Source: Candidatus Peregrinibacteria bacterium CG_4_9_14_0_2_um_filter_41_14 (GTDB lineage: Bacteria > Patescibacteriota > Gracilibacteria > UBA1369 > UM-FILTER-41-14). From it: a stretch of 64,000 nucleotides of DNA. The notes beneath the pieces are model-generated. The model did not search any database. It worked only from the letters and a program-made list of their open reading frames with translations, and had not been told where the DNA came from. Positions 29,294-37,818 of this stretch are shown here, piece after piece. A program made the position numbers and the translations under genes. Each line of letters starts with the position of its first letter. The first letter of the stretch is position 1. The stretch is from positions 13,339 to 77,338 of the forward strand of contig PFRW01000063.1 in NCBI GenBank assembly GCA_002788755.1. The letters are read 5' to 3'.

Positions 29294-30364
29294 ATGATAA
29301 CTAACGCTATCAGCAATACTAATATTCAATCTCTAGTTGACCCACTAGAAATATTGAACACTCTACTCAAAACATTAAACAATAAGGAACAAGAGATAAT
29401 CTCAAGACGATATGGTCTTGGTAATAAAGAAATTGACACACTTGCCTCAATTGGCAAAGATTTTACAGTTACAAGAGAACGAATCAGACAAATTCAAGTT
29501 TACGGTTTTAAAAAACTACAACGTAACGTCCATAAAACAAAACTAACCGACCTTCAAAATTGGGCACTAAATACACTTAAAGAACAAGGAGACATTGTAA
29601 CTGAAAAGACATTTGAAAACCTGCTCAAAACTAAGTTCCCACAATACAAAAACAACATTCAAGAGCTTAAATTAGCCTCAATCCTATTTAATGAGATTGT
29701 ACACGAAAATAATAAAATCAATATTCGTGTACATTTTAGAAATAGTAACATCAGCTTAAAAAGTATTAAAAATATTTGCACTACCGCACGTAAAATTCTA
29801 AAAAACAAAGCAGACAGTATGAGTCAAAATCAACTAGTGTCGCAAATTCAAGATCAAATAAAAACGGACAATTTAAATCTAAGGAAAAAATTGATTCTTG
29901 CTGCCGTAAAACTAGATCGTCGCATTAAAGTTAAATCAGACTCAATTAGTTTAACAAAATGGCGACACGTAAATCCAAAAACACTTTACGATAAAATCTT
30001 TTTTGTACTAAGAAAGCAAAAAAGCCCTCTACATTTTTCCGAAATAACAAACAAAATCATAGACAAAAAATTTGACAATAAGAGCGTCAGTCAACAAGCT
30101 GTACATAACGAACTAATTAACAGAACCGACTTCATTCTTGTTGGCAGAGGCGTATATGCACTAGCAGAATGGGGATACAAAGAGGGAACCGTAACCCAAG
30201 TAATTCAGGATATTTTGCAAACCGAAGGTCCCCAATCATATGAACAACTGCTCGACTCAGTTCTCCAACGTCGCAAAGTTAAGCAAATAACTGTTCAAAT
30301 TAATATCAACAATAAAAAGTTATTCGCGCGCGATCACAATGACGTTGTCAGTTTAATGAGTTAA
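29294..30364 (+). CDS. Sigma-70 region-4-like HTH protein with C-terminal HARE-HTH-like domain (paralogue A)
   Basis: Start re-set to the ATG at 29294 (MITNAIS). EQEIISRRYGLGNKEIDTLASIGKDFTVTRERIRQIQVYGFKKLQ resembles sigma-70 region 4.2. PLHFSEITNKI...AVHNELI...DFILVGRGVYALAEWGY resembles the HARE-HTH of the RNAP delta subunit. No region 2/3 motifs seen. Confidence 0.65.
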   Translation: MITNAISNTNIQSLVDPLEILNTLLKTLNNKEQEIISRRYGLGNKEIDTLASIGKDFTVTRERIRQIQVYGFKKLQRNVHKTKLTDLQNWALNTLKEQGDIVTEKTFENLLKTKFPQYKNNIQELKLASILFNEIVHENNKINIRVHFRNSNISLKSIKNICTTARKILKNKADSMSQNQLVSQIQDQIKTDNLNLRKKLILAAVKLDRRIKVKSDSISLTKWRHVNPKTLYDKIFFVLRKQKSPLHFSEITNKIIDKKFDNKSVSQQAVHNELINRTDFILVGRGVYALAEWGYKEGTVTQVIQDILQTEGPQSYEQLLDSVLQRRKVKQITVQININNKKLFARDHNDVVSLMS

Positions 30365-31420
30365 CTACTCCGACTCCGACAATGACGTTTTTAAGGCACT
30401 AATATGGGAATCAGCTAATTCTTGGGTAATATAACCTTGTAAAGCTAAATCTTTAATAGATTTTTCCATAGTTTGCATGCCGTCACGCATTCCTGTTTCC
30501 AGTACAGATTGAATTTGATAAGTCTTACCTTTACGAATCAAATTTTCAACTGCGTTATTAGCAAACAAAATTTCTAAAGCAGCAACACGCCCTTTCCCAT
30601 CAGTTGTTTTCAATAATTGTTGCCAAACTACAGCTCTTAAACCTTGAGCAAGCTGAGCTCTAATTTGATTTTGTTGCTCTGTTGGAAAAATATCAATTAC
30701 ACGATCTACAGATTTTGCTGCACCACTGGTATGCAGCGTAGATAAAACTAAATGACCAGTTTCTGCGGCTGTTAGAGCCAACGCAATTGTTTCATGATCT
30801 CGCATTTCACCAATGAGAATAACATCAGTACTTTCGCGCAAAGCTGCTTTTAAAGCAGTAGCAAAACTAGCTGTATGTGTTCCAACCTCTCTTTGTTGTA
30901 CTAAAGACTTTTTATTCTTATAAATAAACTCAATTGGATCCTCAATTGTCAAAATATTATATTGATACTTTCGATTTAATTCCTCCACAATCGCAGCCAA
31001 AGTTGTAGACTTACCGGAACCGGTAGGCCCTGTTATCAATACAATACCTTGTTTAAAGTCTGTAATGCGCTTGAGCTGGTTCGGCATGTTTAAATCGTCT
31101 AAAGACACAACATCCTCAGGAATCAGACGGAAAACAGCACCTATGCCTCTGTGCTGCATAAAAACATTAACACGAAAACGACCAATTCCAGGCACATCTA
31201 AGGCATAGTCAATATCCAAACTACGAGCAAAAGCAGCCTTTTGCACCTCTGTCATAGTTTCTAAGATATAAGTCTCAGCCATCTGCTTAGACAAAACCGG
31301 ATGTTGTTCAATTTGTACTAAATCACCATGCAACCTAATACCAGGTTTTACGCCAGATGAAATATAAATATCAGAAGCTTTATACTGAAATGCAGTTTGA
31401 AAGATTTTTAGAAGTTCCAT
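30365..31420 (-). CDS. pilT: Type IV pilus retraction ATPase PilT
   Basis: 351 aa. ASDIYISSG...RLHG, Walker A GPTGSGKSTT, Walker B ILIGEMRD, and TGHLVLSTLHT. Confidence 0.88.
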   Translation of the reverse strand: MELLKIFQTAFQYKASDIYISSGVKPGIRLHGDLVQIEQHPVLSKQMAETYILETMTEVQKAAFARSLDIDYALDVPGIGRFRVNVFMQHRGIGAVFRLIPEDVVSLDDLNMPNQLKRITDFKQGIVLITGPTGSGKSTTLAAIVEELNRKYQYNILTIEDPIEFIYKNKKSLVQQREVGTHTASFATALKAALRESTDVILIGEMRDHETIALALTAAETGHLVLSTLHTSGAAKSVDRVIDIFPTEQQNQIRAQLAQGLRAVVWQQLLKTTDGKGRVAALEILFANNAVENLIRKGKTYQIQSVLETGMRDGMQTMEKSIKDLALQGYITQELADSHISALKTSLSESE

Positions 31421-31455
31421 GTTTTATGATAATACATCTAAAAAGTATACTTCAA

Positions 31456-34050
31456 TTACGCATCAATATCAACTTTAAAGCCATCTCCTTGCACTTTAAC
31501 AACAACGCCGATGCCATTTTTCACCTTACCATCCAAAATTAATTGTGTAATAAGATCTTCAACTTTATCACGCACAACACGGCGAATCGGTCTTGCACCA
31601 TAAGCAGGATCGTATCCTTGTTTTGCAAGTAAGTCTAAAGCGCCATCAGTAAGCCTAATTGCTATACCTAACTCTACTAATCTCTTTTCTAAATCAGCAA
31701 TCTCAAGTTTAACAATTTCTTTAATATCAGCATGCGTCAAGGCATCAAAGACAATAACTTTATCTACTCTATTTAAAAATTCCGGCTTAAGTGCTCGCTT
31801 TAAATCTGCCAAAATCTCAATTTTTGCGCTATCAAAATCTTTTTTTGCTCGATCTTGTTCAGAATTAGACAAATCGAACCCTATTGGAGCTGCTGTTTCA
31901 GTTAATTTTTCCGCACCAATATTAGAAGTCATTACAATTACCGTGTTGCTAAAATCTACTTTACGTCCTTTTGAATCGGTCAAAATGCCATCTTCCAAGA
32001 TTTGTAATAGTAAATTGAAAACATCTGGATGAGCTTTCTCAATTTCATCAAATAAAACTATACTATACGGTTTTCGTCGAACAGCTTCTGTTAACTGTCC
32101 ACCTTCTTCATAACCAACGTAACCGGCAGCAGCACCAACTAAACGTGACGTATTATGTCGCTCCATAAACTCACTCATATCAATTTTTATCAATGCATCA
32201 CGGTCACTATAGACTTCTTCTGCCAACGCACGCACAAGCTCAGTTTTCCCAACACCAGTAGGGCCCAAGAACAAAAATGACGCAATTGGCCGTTGATGTG
32301 AAGCAATACCAGCTCTAGACCTTCTAATAGCTTGAGAAACTGCTTTTACAGCCTCTTTTTGTCCAATAATCCTTCTAGTTAAAACTTGTTCCAAATTATT
32401 TAAACGATCAATTTCAGATTGAATCAATTTTTGAGAGGGGACACCAGTCATTAATGAAACAACATCGGCAATCTCTTTTTCCGTAATTTTCTCTCTTTTA
32501 CTTCGTGGAATTTTTGCACGCTTTTCTTCTTCAATTTTTTTCATTATTTCCAATTCTTCACCTCGTAAATTTGCAGCCAATTCATAATCTTGATTTGAAA
32601 CTGCTTGTTCTTTTTTCTTAACAATTTTTGCTAAACCTTCCTGAAATTTCTTAAGTTCATCTTTATTAGTTTTGGCATCTACACGCTTTAACGCACAAGC
32701 TTCATCCAAAACATCAATGGCTTTATCCGGAAGGAAACGATCATTTACATAACGATGAGACAATTTAACAGCATCAATAACGGCTTCATCCGTAATTGCC
32801 AAACTATGGTGATTTTCAAAACTTTCTTTCAAGCCACGCAAAATTTCAATTGCATCAATTACTGAAGGTTCATCAATTGCTACTTGTTGAAACCTACGCT
32901 CCAAAGCGGCATCTGTTTCAACATGCTTTCGATATTCATCTGTTGTTGTTGCCCCAATAACTTGCACCAAGCCTCTTGATAAAGCCGGTTTTAGAATATT
33001 GGCAGCATCTAAACTACCTTCCGCACTACCAGCGCCAATTAATGTATGTAATTCATCAATAAACAAAATTACATTTGGAACCGATGTTGCTTCATCAATA
33101 ATTGCTTTAATACGCTCCTCAAATTCACCACGATATTTTGTACCAGCAACAACCGAAGCCATTGAAAGCGACAAAATTCTTTTATCTGATAAAATTTCTG
33201 GCACATCACCACTAACAATCCGTTGTGCTAAACCTTCTGCAATTGCTGTTTTACCAACACCCGGAGGACCTACCAAAACTGGATTATTTTTAGTTTTACG
33301 ATTTAAGATACTAATAACACGCCTTACTTCCTTATCTCTACCTATTACCGGATCCAATTTTGCTTTTCTGGCCAATTCAACTAAATCTATTGTAAAGTAG
33401 TCTAGCGTTGGGGTTTTAGAACGATGTTTACCGGATGACTCACCTTGGCCATCTTGTTTATGCTTAAAACCATCCTTAAAATCTTGATTTTGCTGATTTG
33501 CCAGAACACCATGCAAACCATTTAAGAAAAACTCCAACGGATTAACACCTTGCGTGTTTTGTTGAGCCTGCATTTGTTGATTCTCAGAATTGTTTTGAAA
33601 TAACTTAATTACTTCCCCTTTTAACTCTTGAGGACTAATTTTCATATTCTCTAAAATTACAGTTGCAGCAGTATTATCCTGAATCACTAACGAAAATAAC
33701 AAATGCTCCGTACCAATAAAACTATGGTGATATTTATTTGCACACTTTACTGCATCTTCAATAACCTGCTTTGCAAAACCTGATAAACCTGCAGGCTCAC
33801 TAGCCTTTCCTTTACTTGCAGCAGCAGCCGTTCTGCCAACAGCTTTAAGAACCATTTCGACATTATCGGCACTAACGCCAAAATTCCTTAAAACACTAGC
33901 TCCAAGCGAATTTGCCTGACTTAATATACCCAATAATATGTGCTCAGTACCAACGTATGATAAATTGCCTTCTGCTGCTTTTTCTTGAGCTACAATTAAG
34001 GCCTGCTTAGCTTCTTTTGTAAATTTTTCAAAATAACTATTATCTTTCAT
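31456..34050 (-). CDS. clpC: Clp/Hsp100 AAA+ chaperone, ClpC-like
   Basis: 864 aa. Two Clp_N repeats, AAA-1 GPPGVGKTAIAEGLA, a UVR-like linker (QDYELAANLRGEE), AAA-2 GPTGVGKTELVRALA, and a C-terminal D2-small domain. Confidence 0.88.
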   Translation of the reverse strand: MKDNSYFEKFTKEAKQALIVAQEKAAEGNLSYVGTEHILLGILSQANSLGASVLRNFGVSADNVEMVLKAVGRTAAAASKGKASEPAGLSGFAKQVIEDAVKCANKYHHSFIGTEHLLFSLVIQDNTAATVILENMKISPQELKGEVIKLFQNNSENQQMQAQQNTQGVNPLEFFLNGLHGVLANQQNQDFKDGFKHKQDGQGESSGKHRSKTPTLDYFTIDLVELARKAKLDPVIGRDKEVRRVISILNRKTKNNPVLVGPPGVGKTAIAEGLAQRIVSGDVPEILSDKRILSLSMASVVAGTKYRGEFEERIKAIIDEATSVPNVILFIDELHTLIGAGSAEGSLDAANILKPALSRGLVQVIGATTTDEYRKHVETDAALERRFQQVAIDEPSVIDAIEILRGLKESFENHHSLAITDEAVIDAVKLSHRYVNDRFLPDKAIDVLDEACALKRVDAKTNKDELKKFQEGLAKIVKKKEQAVSNQDYELAANLRGEELEIMKKIEEEKRAKIPRSKREKITEKEIADVVSLMTGVPSQKLIQSEIDRLNNLEQVLTRRIIGQKEAVKAVSQAIRRSRAGIASHQRPIASFLFLGPTGVGKTELVRALAEEVYSDRDALIKIDMSEFMERHNTSRLVGAAAGYVGYEEGGQLTEAVRRKPYSIVLFDEIEKAHPDVFNLLLQILEDGILTDSKGRKVDFSNTVIVMTSNIGAEKLTETAAPIGFDLSNSEQDRAKKDFDSAKIEILADLKRALKPEFLNRVDKVIVFDALTHADIKEIVKLEIADLEKRLVELGIAIRLTDGALDLLAKQGYDPAYGARPIRRVVRDKVEDLITQLILDGKVKNGIGVVVKVQGDGFKVDIDA

Positions 34051-34158
34051 ATTTATTTTTAAATTTCTAAATGGTTCTAATTATTATACCACCAATGCAC
34101 ACAAAATATTACAAACTTAATCCGAATTGCCTTTACAACTTACGCAATAGTTGGATAA

Positions 34159-35292
34159 CTAATTATTCAACAAAGTCAAAGTTTTAAGAATAACTTCCAG
34201 TTTTGACGTTAAATCTGCAGCTCCATAAATCACAAAACTTTTACCACCAACATCCTTACTCATCTGTACCCAGTCCTTTTTTAATTCAACATTTAAAGTC
34301 TTACCAACATTAATGTAAGCCACCCAATTATCATCCGTTACAGAATCCAAGGCAAAAGCATATCCATTTTCAACCTGCGCATAATACCAACTCTTTGGAT
34401 AATAGGCTGTAAACTCTAATGGCAAGCTTTCCAAAGCTCTAAAATTTTCTAGAATTTTAGGATCAATAGGATCATTAGTAACAGTAACTACATTATTTTC
34501 AACAGGTACAATTTCAGGTTTGGCAACTACTTCTTCTTTCACCATTTCAACATTTTCTTCAGCAAAAGGAACGAAACGTAACGAATTAACAATCTCTTCT
34601 GCCAAATTACGATCTGTAGCCACATCACCATTTTGCTTATAAGAAACCAGATAATATGTTTCATCATTACGCTTTATATAATACCTAAAAGCTTCACCCA
34701 TAGGGATATTATCCATTTCGTAACCATCAACAGCATCAACACCTACTTTAATTGCTACGGCACTTTCCAAATCTTTATTAACTTTAATTAAATCAGCAGA
34801 ATCAACAACGCTTAAGGTTATTGTACCTGGCAGATTAGCAATCTCAATTTTGCTGCTAGTTTCATTCAATTCACCAGTTGTTGGCACATCTAAACTTAAG
34901 CCCAATTTTTGGTTTGTATGTTTATCAAATTTAATTTCATTTTTACTAATATTTTCTTCAACTACCTCAATTTTATCGATTGTCAGAGTTTTACGCCCCT
35001 CAACATTACGGGGGACACCATTAACACGTATTAACGCATCATTATAAAGCTGATCATACAAATCATAAATCAAGCTTCTAACGTAAATAATATTACCAGT
35101 TTCATCTTCAAAACTATGAGTCGTATCAAAAAGATGCTTAGTTGCATCTGGCAACTCGGTTAAAACACCTGTATATGTTTCAATCACCATTTCCTCGCTA
35201 CTAACATCTGCAGACTGAATACAGCCAGTAACAGAAACTAACAACAAAGATCCGACCAAAATCCAAACCAAACTATTATTCATATTTTTCAT
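34159..35292 (-). CDS. Predicted lipoprotein, unknown function
   Basis: 377 aa. Signal sequence ends in VTGC. The start ATG overlaps the ruvB TGA stop (ATGA). Confidence 0.5.
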   Translation of the reverse strand: MKNMNNSLVWILVGSLLLVSVTGCIQSADVSSEEMVIETYTGVLTELPDATKHLFDTTHSFEDETGNIIYVRSLIYDLYDQLYNDALIRVNGVPRNVEGRKTLTIDKIEVVEENISKNEIKFDKHTNQKLGLSLDVPTTGELNETSSKIEIANLPGTITLSVVDSADLIKVNKDLESAVAIKVGVDAVDGYEMDNIPMGEAFRYYIKRNDETYYLVSYKQNGDVATDRNLAEEIVNSLRFVPFAEENVEMVKEEVVAKPEIVPVENNVVTVTNDPIDPKILENFRALESLPLEFTAYYPKSWYYAQVENGYAFALDSVTDDNWVAYINVGKTLNVELKKDWVQMSKDVGGKSFVIYGAADLTSKLEVILKTLTLLNN

Positions 35293-36317
35293 ATGGGATT
35301 TACTAAAAGATATTTTTTTCCTTCATCCGTAACTATACGCCCCCGATGTGTCCTTTGCAAGAAACCTACCTGCATCAAGTATGGTTCACAGATTTCCGCA
35401 AGAGTATCTTCATCTTCCTGCATTGCTGCAGAAATTGCCTTTAAACCTACCGGACCACCGTCAAACTTATTCAACACTACATCTAACAAGTCGCGATCTA
35501 ACTTATTCATGCCCAAATTATCAATTCCTAATATTATTAATGTTGACTCAATATCTACCCTTGTTGCGAAATCAATTTCCTTTACTAAACAAAAATCTCG
35601 TACTCGCTTCAGTAAACGATTTGCAATACGTGGCGTACGCCGACAACAACTTGCCAGCAAAACAGCTGCTTCATTATCCAATTTAACTCCTAATATCTCT
35701 GCAGATCTCACAATAATATCCTCCATTTCCGACTCCGAATAATAATCCAACTTTATCATGCTACCAAAACGATCACGCAAAGGAGACGAAAGCATATTTG
35801 GCTTAGTTGTAGCACCAATTAAGGTGAAATCCGGAATCGTAATTCGCATACTTTTTGCCGTGGGGCCCTTACCAACAACCAAATCAAGTACGTAATCTTC
35901 CATTGCACTATATAAAATCTCTTCAACAGCTGGCCTCAAGCGATGAATTTCATCAATAAATAATATATCACCAAACTCCAATGAACTGAGTAAAGCGGCC
36001 AAATCACCTTGTTTTTCTATAGCAGGCCCCGAAGTAACCTTAAACTGCCCAGACATTTCCCGCGCTACAATACCGGCCAACGTAGTCTTACCTAACCCCG
36101 GACCACCATGAATCAAAATATGATCCAAAACTGATTTTCGTTGCGTAGCAGCATCAATCATTAACTGAACGTGCTCTTTAACATTAGTTTGCCCAATATA
36201 CGACTGTAATGTTTGTGGACGCAAAATTGCCGGCACATCTTCCTGCTCACTCTTTAAAACTTTTGCAACAGGAACTGGCTTAGCTTTTATGGGCCGTACA
36301 TCGCCCTTTTTAATCAT
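35289..36317 (-). CDS. ruvB: Holliday junction branch-migration helicase RuvB
   Basis: 342 aa. LRPQTLQSYIGQ, GPPGLGKTTLA, FIDEIHRL, and RTPRIANRLL. Confidence 0.93.
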   Translation of the reverse strand: MIKKGDVRPIKAKPVPVAKVLKSEQEDVPAILRPQTLQSYIGQTNVKEHVQLMIDAATQRKSVLDHILIHGGPGLGKTTLAGIVAREMSGQFKVTSGPAIEKQGDLAALLSSLEFGDILFIDEIHRLRPAVEEILYSAMEDYVLDLVVGKGPTAKSMRITIPDFTLIGATTKPNMLSSPLRDRFGSMIKLDYYSESEMEDIIVRSAEILGVKLDNEAAVLLASCCRRTPRIANRLLKRVRDFCLVKEIDFATRVDIESTLIILGIDNLGMNKLDRDLLDVVLNKFDGGPVGLKAISAAMQEDEDTLAEICEPYLMQVGFLQRTHRGRIVTDEGKKYLLVNPI

Positions 36318-36327
36318 AGTTTCTATT

Positions 36328-36807
36328 TTATTTAGTTTGAATTTTATATATAAACTGCCTAATCCCTTCTGGATTCGGAGCCTGTGGAAAATTGATTACC
36401 GTCCGATCCGAAGCAGTTCTAATTTCAACCACACCATAATCTAAAAATGGCAAACTAGCAAGTATACCGCGCTCCACAGTCCTAATATCCTGTACATCTT
36501 TTAATTTTGCCTCAAATTCAGCTTTTGTTGTTAAATACTTCCAATCAATAAAAATTACACGACGATTAGTTACCACCAAGCGATCAAGCCAATAAACAAT
36601 TGTTATATAAATAACCGCTAAAGTAAAAACAGTAACAATTCCTAAGTGAATCAAAATAATTACATTATTACTCAAACTATCCGCCAATAAAAAAAGCATA
36701 AAATAAAAGGGGAGACTTGCACCAATCATCTTCAGTAAACTAATTGCAAATGGAAAGTAATGATGATAATAAATCTTCAAGACGACCTCATTATGTCCTA
36801 AGTGCAT
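36328..36807 (-). CDS. Membrane protein with bacterial PH (YdbS/YdbT-like) domain
   Basis: 159 aa. Two TM helices, then VTNRRVIFIDWKYL...VVEIRTAS, which resembles the bPH_2 fold. Confidence 0.45.
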   Translation of the reverse strand: MHLGHNEVVLKIYYHHYFPFAISLLKMIGASLPFYFMLFLLADSLSNNVIILIHLGIVTVFTLAVIYITIVYWLDRLVVTNRRVIFIDWKYLTTKAEFEAKLKDVQDIRTVERGILASLPFLDYGVVEIRTASDRTVINFPQAPNPEGIRQFIYKIQTK

Positions 36808-36847
36808 AAAGCCAATTTTTATTATTAAGAAAATATAATATACTATT

Positions 36848-37594
36848 TTGTCAAAAAATCAAGTAAGCTTACTAAAAACCAATAAAATCAACTGGACCCT
36901 AAGTGACCTCCTTAAAAGTGCCACCATAATTTGCTTATTGCTACTTATTTTTGTTTTTGTAACTAGACAAATTAACATTACAAGCTTTCTTGAACTACAA
37001 ACATACAAAAGCTTAACAATTTTAGGATTAATTTTAGTTCAAAATTTAATTTTCTTACTACCAATTTATTTGCTGGTGCTTAAGCCCAAAAAAATCACTT
37101 TGGCAAATTTAGGCTTTAGAAAAGTCAAAATCAGCAAAATGCTAGGATACACAGTTTTAGGATTTGTCCTATACTTAAGCACCGCCTTCATTATTGCTTT
37201 CATCCAAAACTACTTTAACATCGAAATTCCAGGCTTTGGCCAACAAATTCAAAAAATCCCAGCCTTTGGCAGTGGCCTAATTAATATGATCATTGCAAGC
37301 ATAACAATAATTATTGTTGCTCCAATAGCTGAAGAAATAATTTTCCGCGGCTTTTTATACCAACTTATCGCCAAATACTTCCCCGCAAAACTAGCCATTC
37401 CTTTAGCCGGTTTCATTTTTGCCGTCAGCCACCTGGAATTCAACGTCATCCTCCCCCTCTGGCTCCTAGGCACCATAATCGCCTACATCTTCCACAAAAC
37501 CAACTCAATCTACACCACCGTCCTCTTCCACGCCCTAAACAACCTTCTAGCCTTTATAGCCGAATACTTCATTATTACGGGTGCGTCCTCCTAA
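36848..37594 (+). CDS. CPBP (CAAX) family intramembrane metalloprotease
   Basis: 248 aa with a TTG start. Polytopic protein with the motifs EEIIFRGFLY, FAVSHLE and FHALNN. Confidence 0.8.
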   Translation: MSKNQVSLLKTNKINWTLSDLLKSATIICLLLLIFVFVTRQINITSFLELQTYKSLTILGLILVQNLIFLLPIYLLVLKPKKITLANLGFRKVKISKMLGYTVLGFVLYLSTAFIIAFIQNYFNIEIPGFGQQIQKIPAFGSGLINMIIASITIIIVAPIAEEIIFRGFLYQLIAKYFPAKLAIPLAGFIFAVSHLEFNVILPLWLLGTIIAYIFHKTNSIYTTVLFHALNNLLAFIAEYFIITGASS

Positions 37595-37600
37595 ACCCCA

Positions 37601-37680
37601 AGGAAAAATATGAATGCGAAAAAACACTCTGCAAGGCACTTTAGTGCCTGAAGCCGTTTTTGAGTGTTCATATTTTTCCT
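37601..37680. terminator. Compound inverted repeat; likely intrinsic terminator of tRNA-Arg (minus strand), possibly bidirectional
   Basis: Perfect 14-bp outer stem: aggaaaaatatgaa (37601-37614) with ttcatatttttcct (37667-37680). 5-bp middle stem: cactc (37625-37629) with gagtg (37662-37666). 6-bp inner hairpin: aggcac (37634-37639) with gtgcct (37644-37649), tetraloop ttta. On the minus strand the middle stem is followed at once by T6 (complement of 37619-37624). Confidence 0.45.
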
Positions 37681-37682
37681 CC

Positions 37683-37759
37683 TGGTGCACCCGAGTGGAT
37701 TTGAACCACTGACCTTCGCCTTAGAAGGGCGCTGCTCTATCCAACTGAGCTACGGGTGC
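37683..37759 (-). tRNA. tRNA-Arg (anticodon TCT), CCA encoded
   Basis: The reverse complement folds as a cloverleaf. Acceptor GCACCCG/CGGGTGC, D-loop AGTTGGATA, anticodon loop cTTCTaa, T-loop GTTCAAAT, 3' ACCA. One G-A mismatch at 27:43. Confidence 0.88.
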
Positions 37760-37818
37760 ATAATGGAGCATCAGAATAACATCTCAAGCAGAATAATTGT
37801 ACATTCTCATTTTGGCAA

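Noticed and set aside
34083-34091. Extended -10 element (TGGTATAAT on the minus strand) upstream of clpC, considered as a promoter feature.
   Set aside because: The -10 match is good, but I could not find a -35 box at acceptable spacing. It is left unannotated rather than reported as a promoter.
35289-35291. Possible alternative genetic code (TGA as a sense codon, as in some CPR lineages), prompted by the near absence of TGA stops.
   Set aside because: Very long conserved genes (dnaE, secA, clpC, ftsK) are uninterrupted under the standard code. ruvB and the NadC-like gene also end at TGA exactly where orthologues would be expected to end. TGA is therefore a rare stop, not a sense codon.
37623-37668. 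CIRCE-like heat-shock operator, suggested by the cactc...gagtg half-sites.
   Set aside because: The spacing (32 nt versus 9 nt) and the flanks do not match TTAGCACTC-N9-GAGTGCTAA. The element is also not upstream of a chaperone gene.
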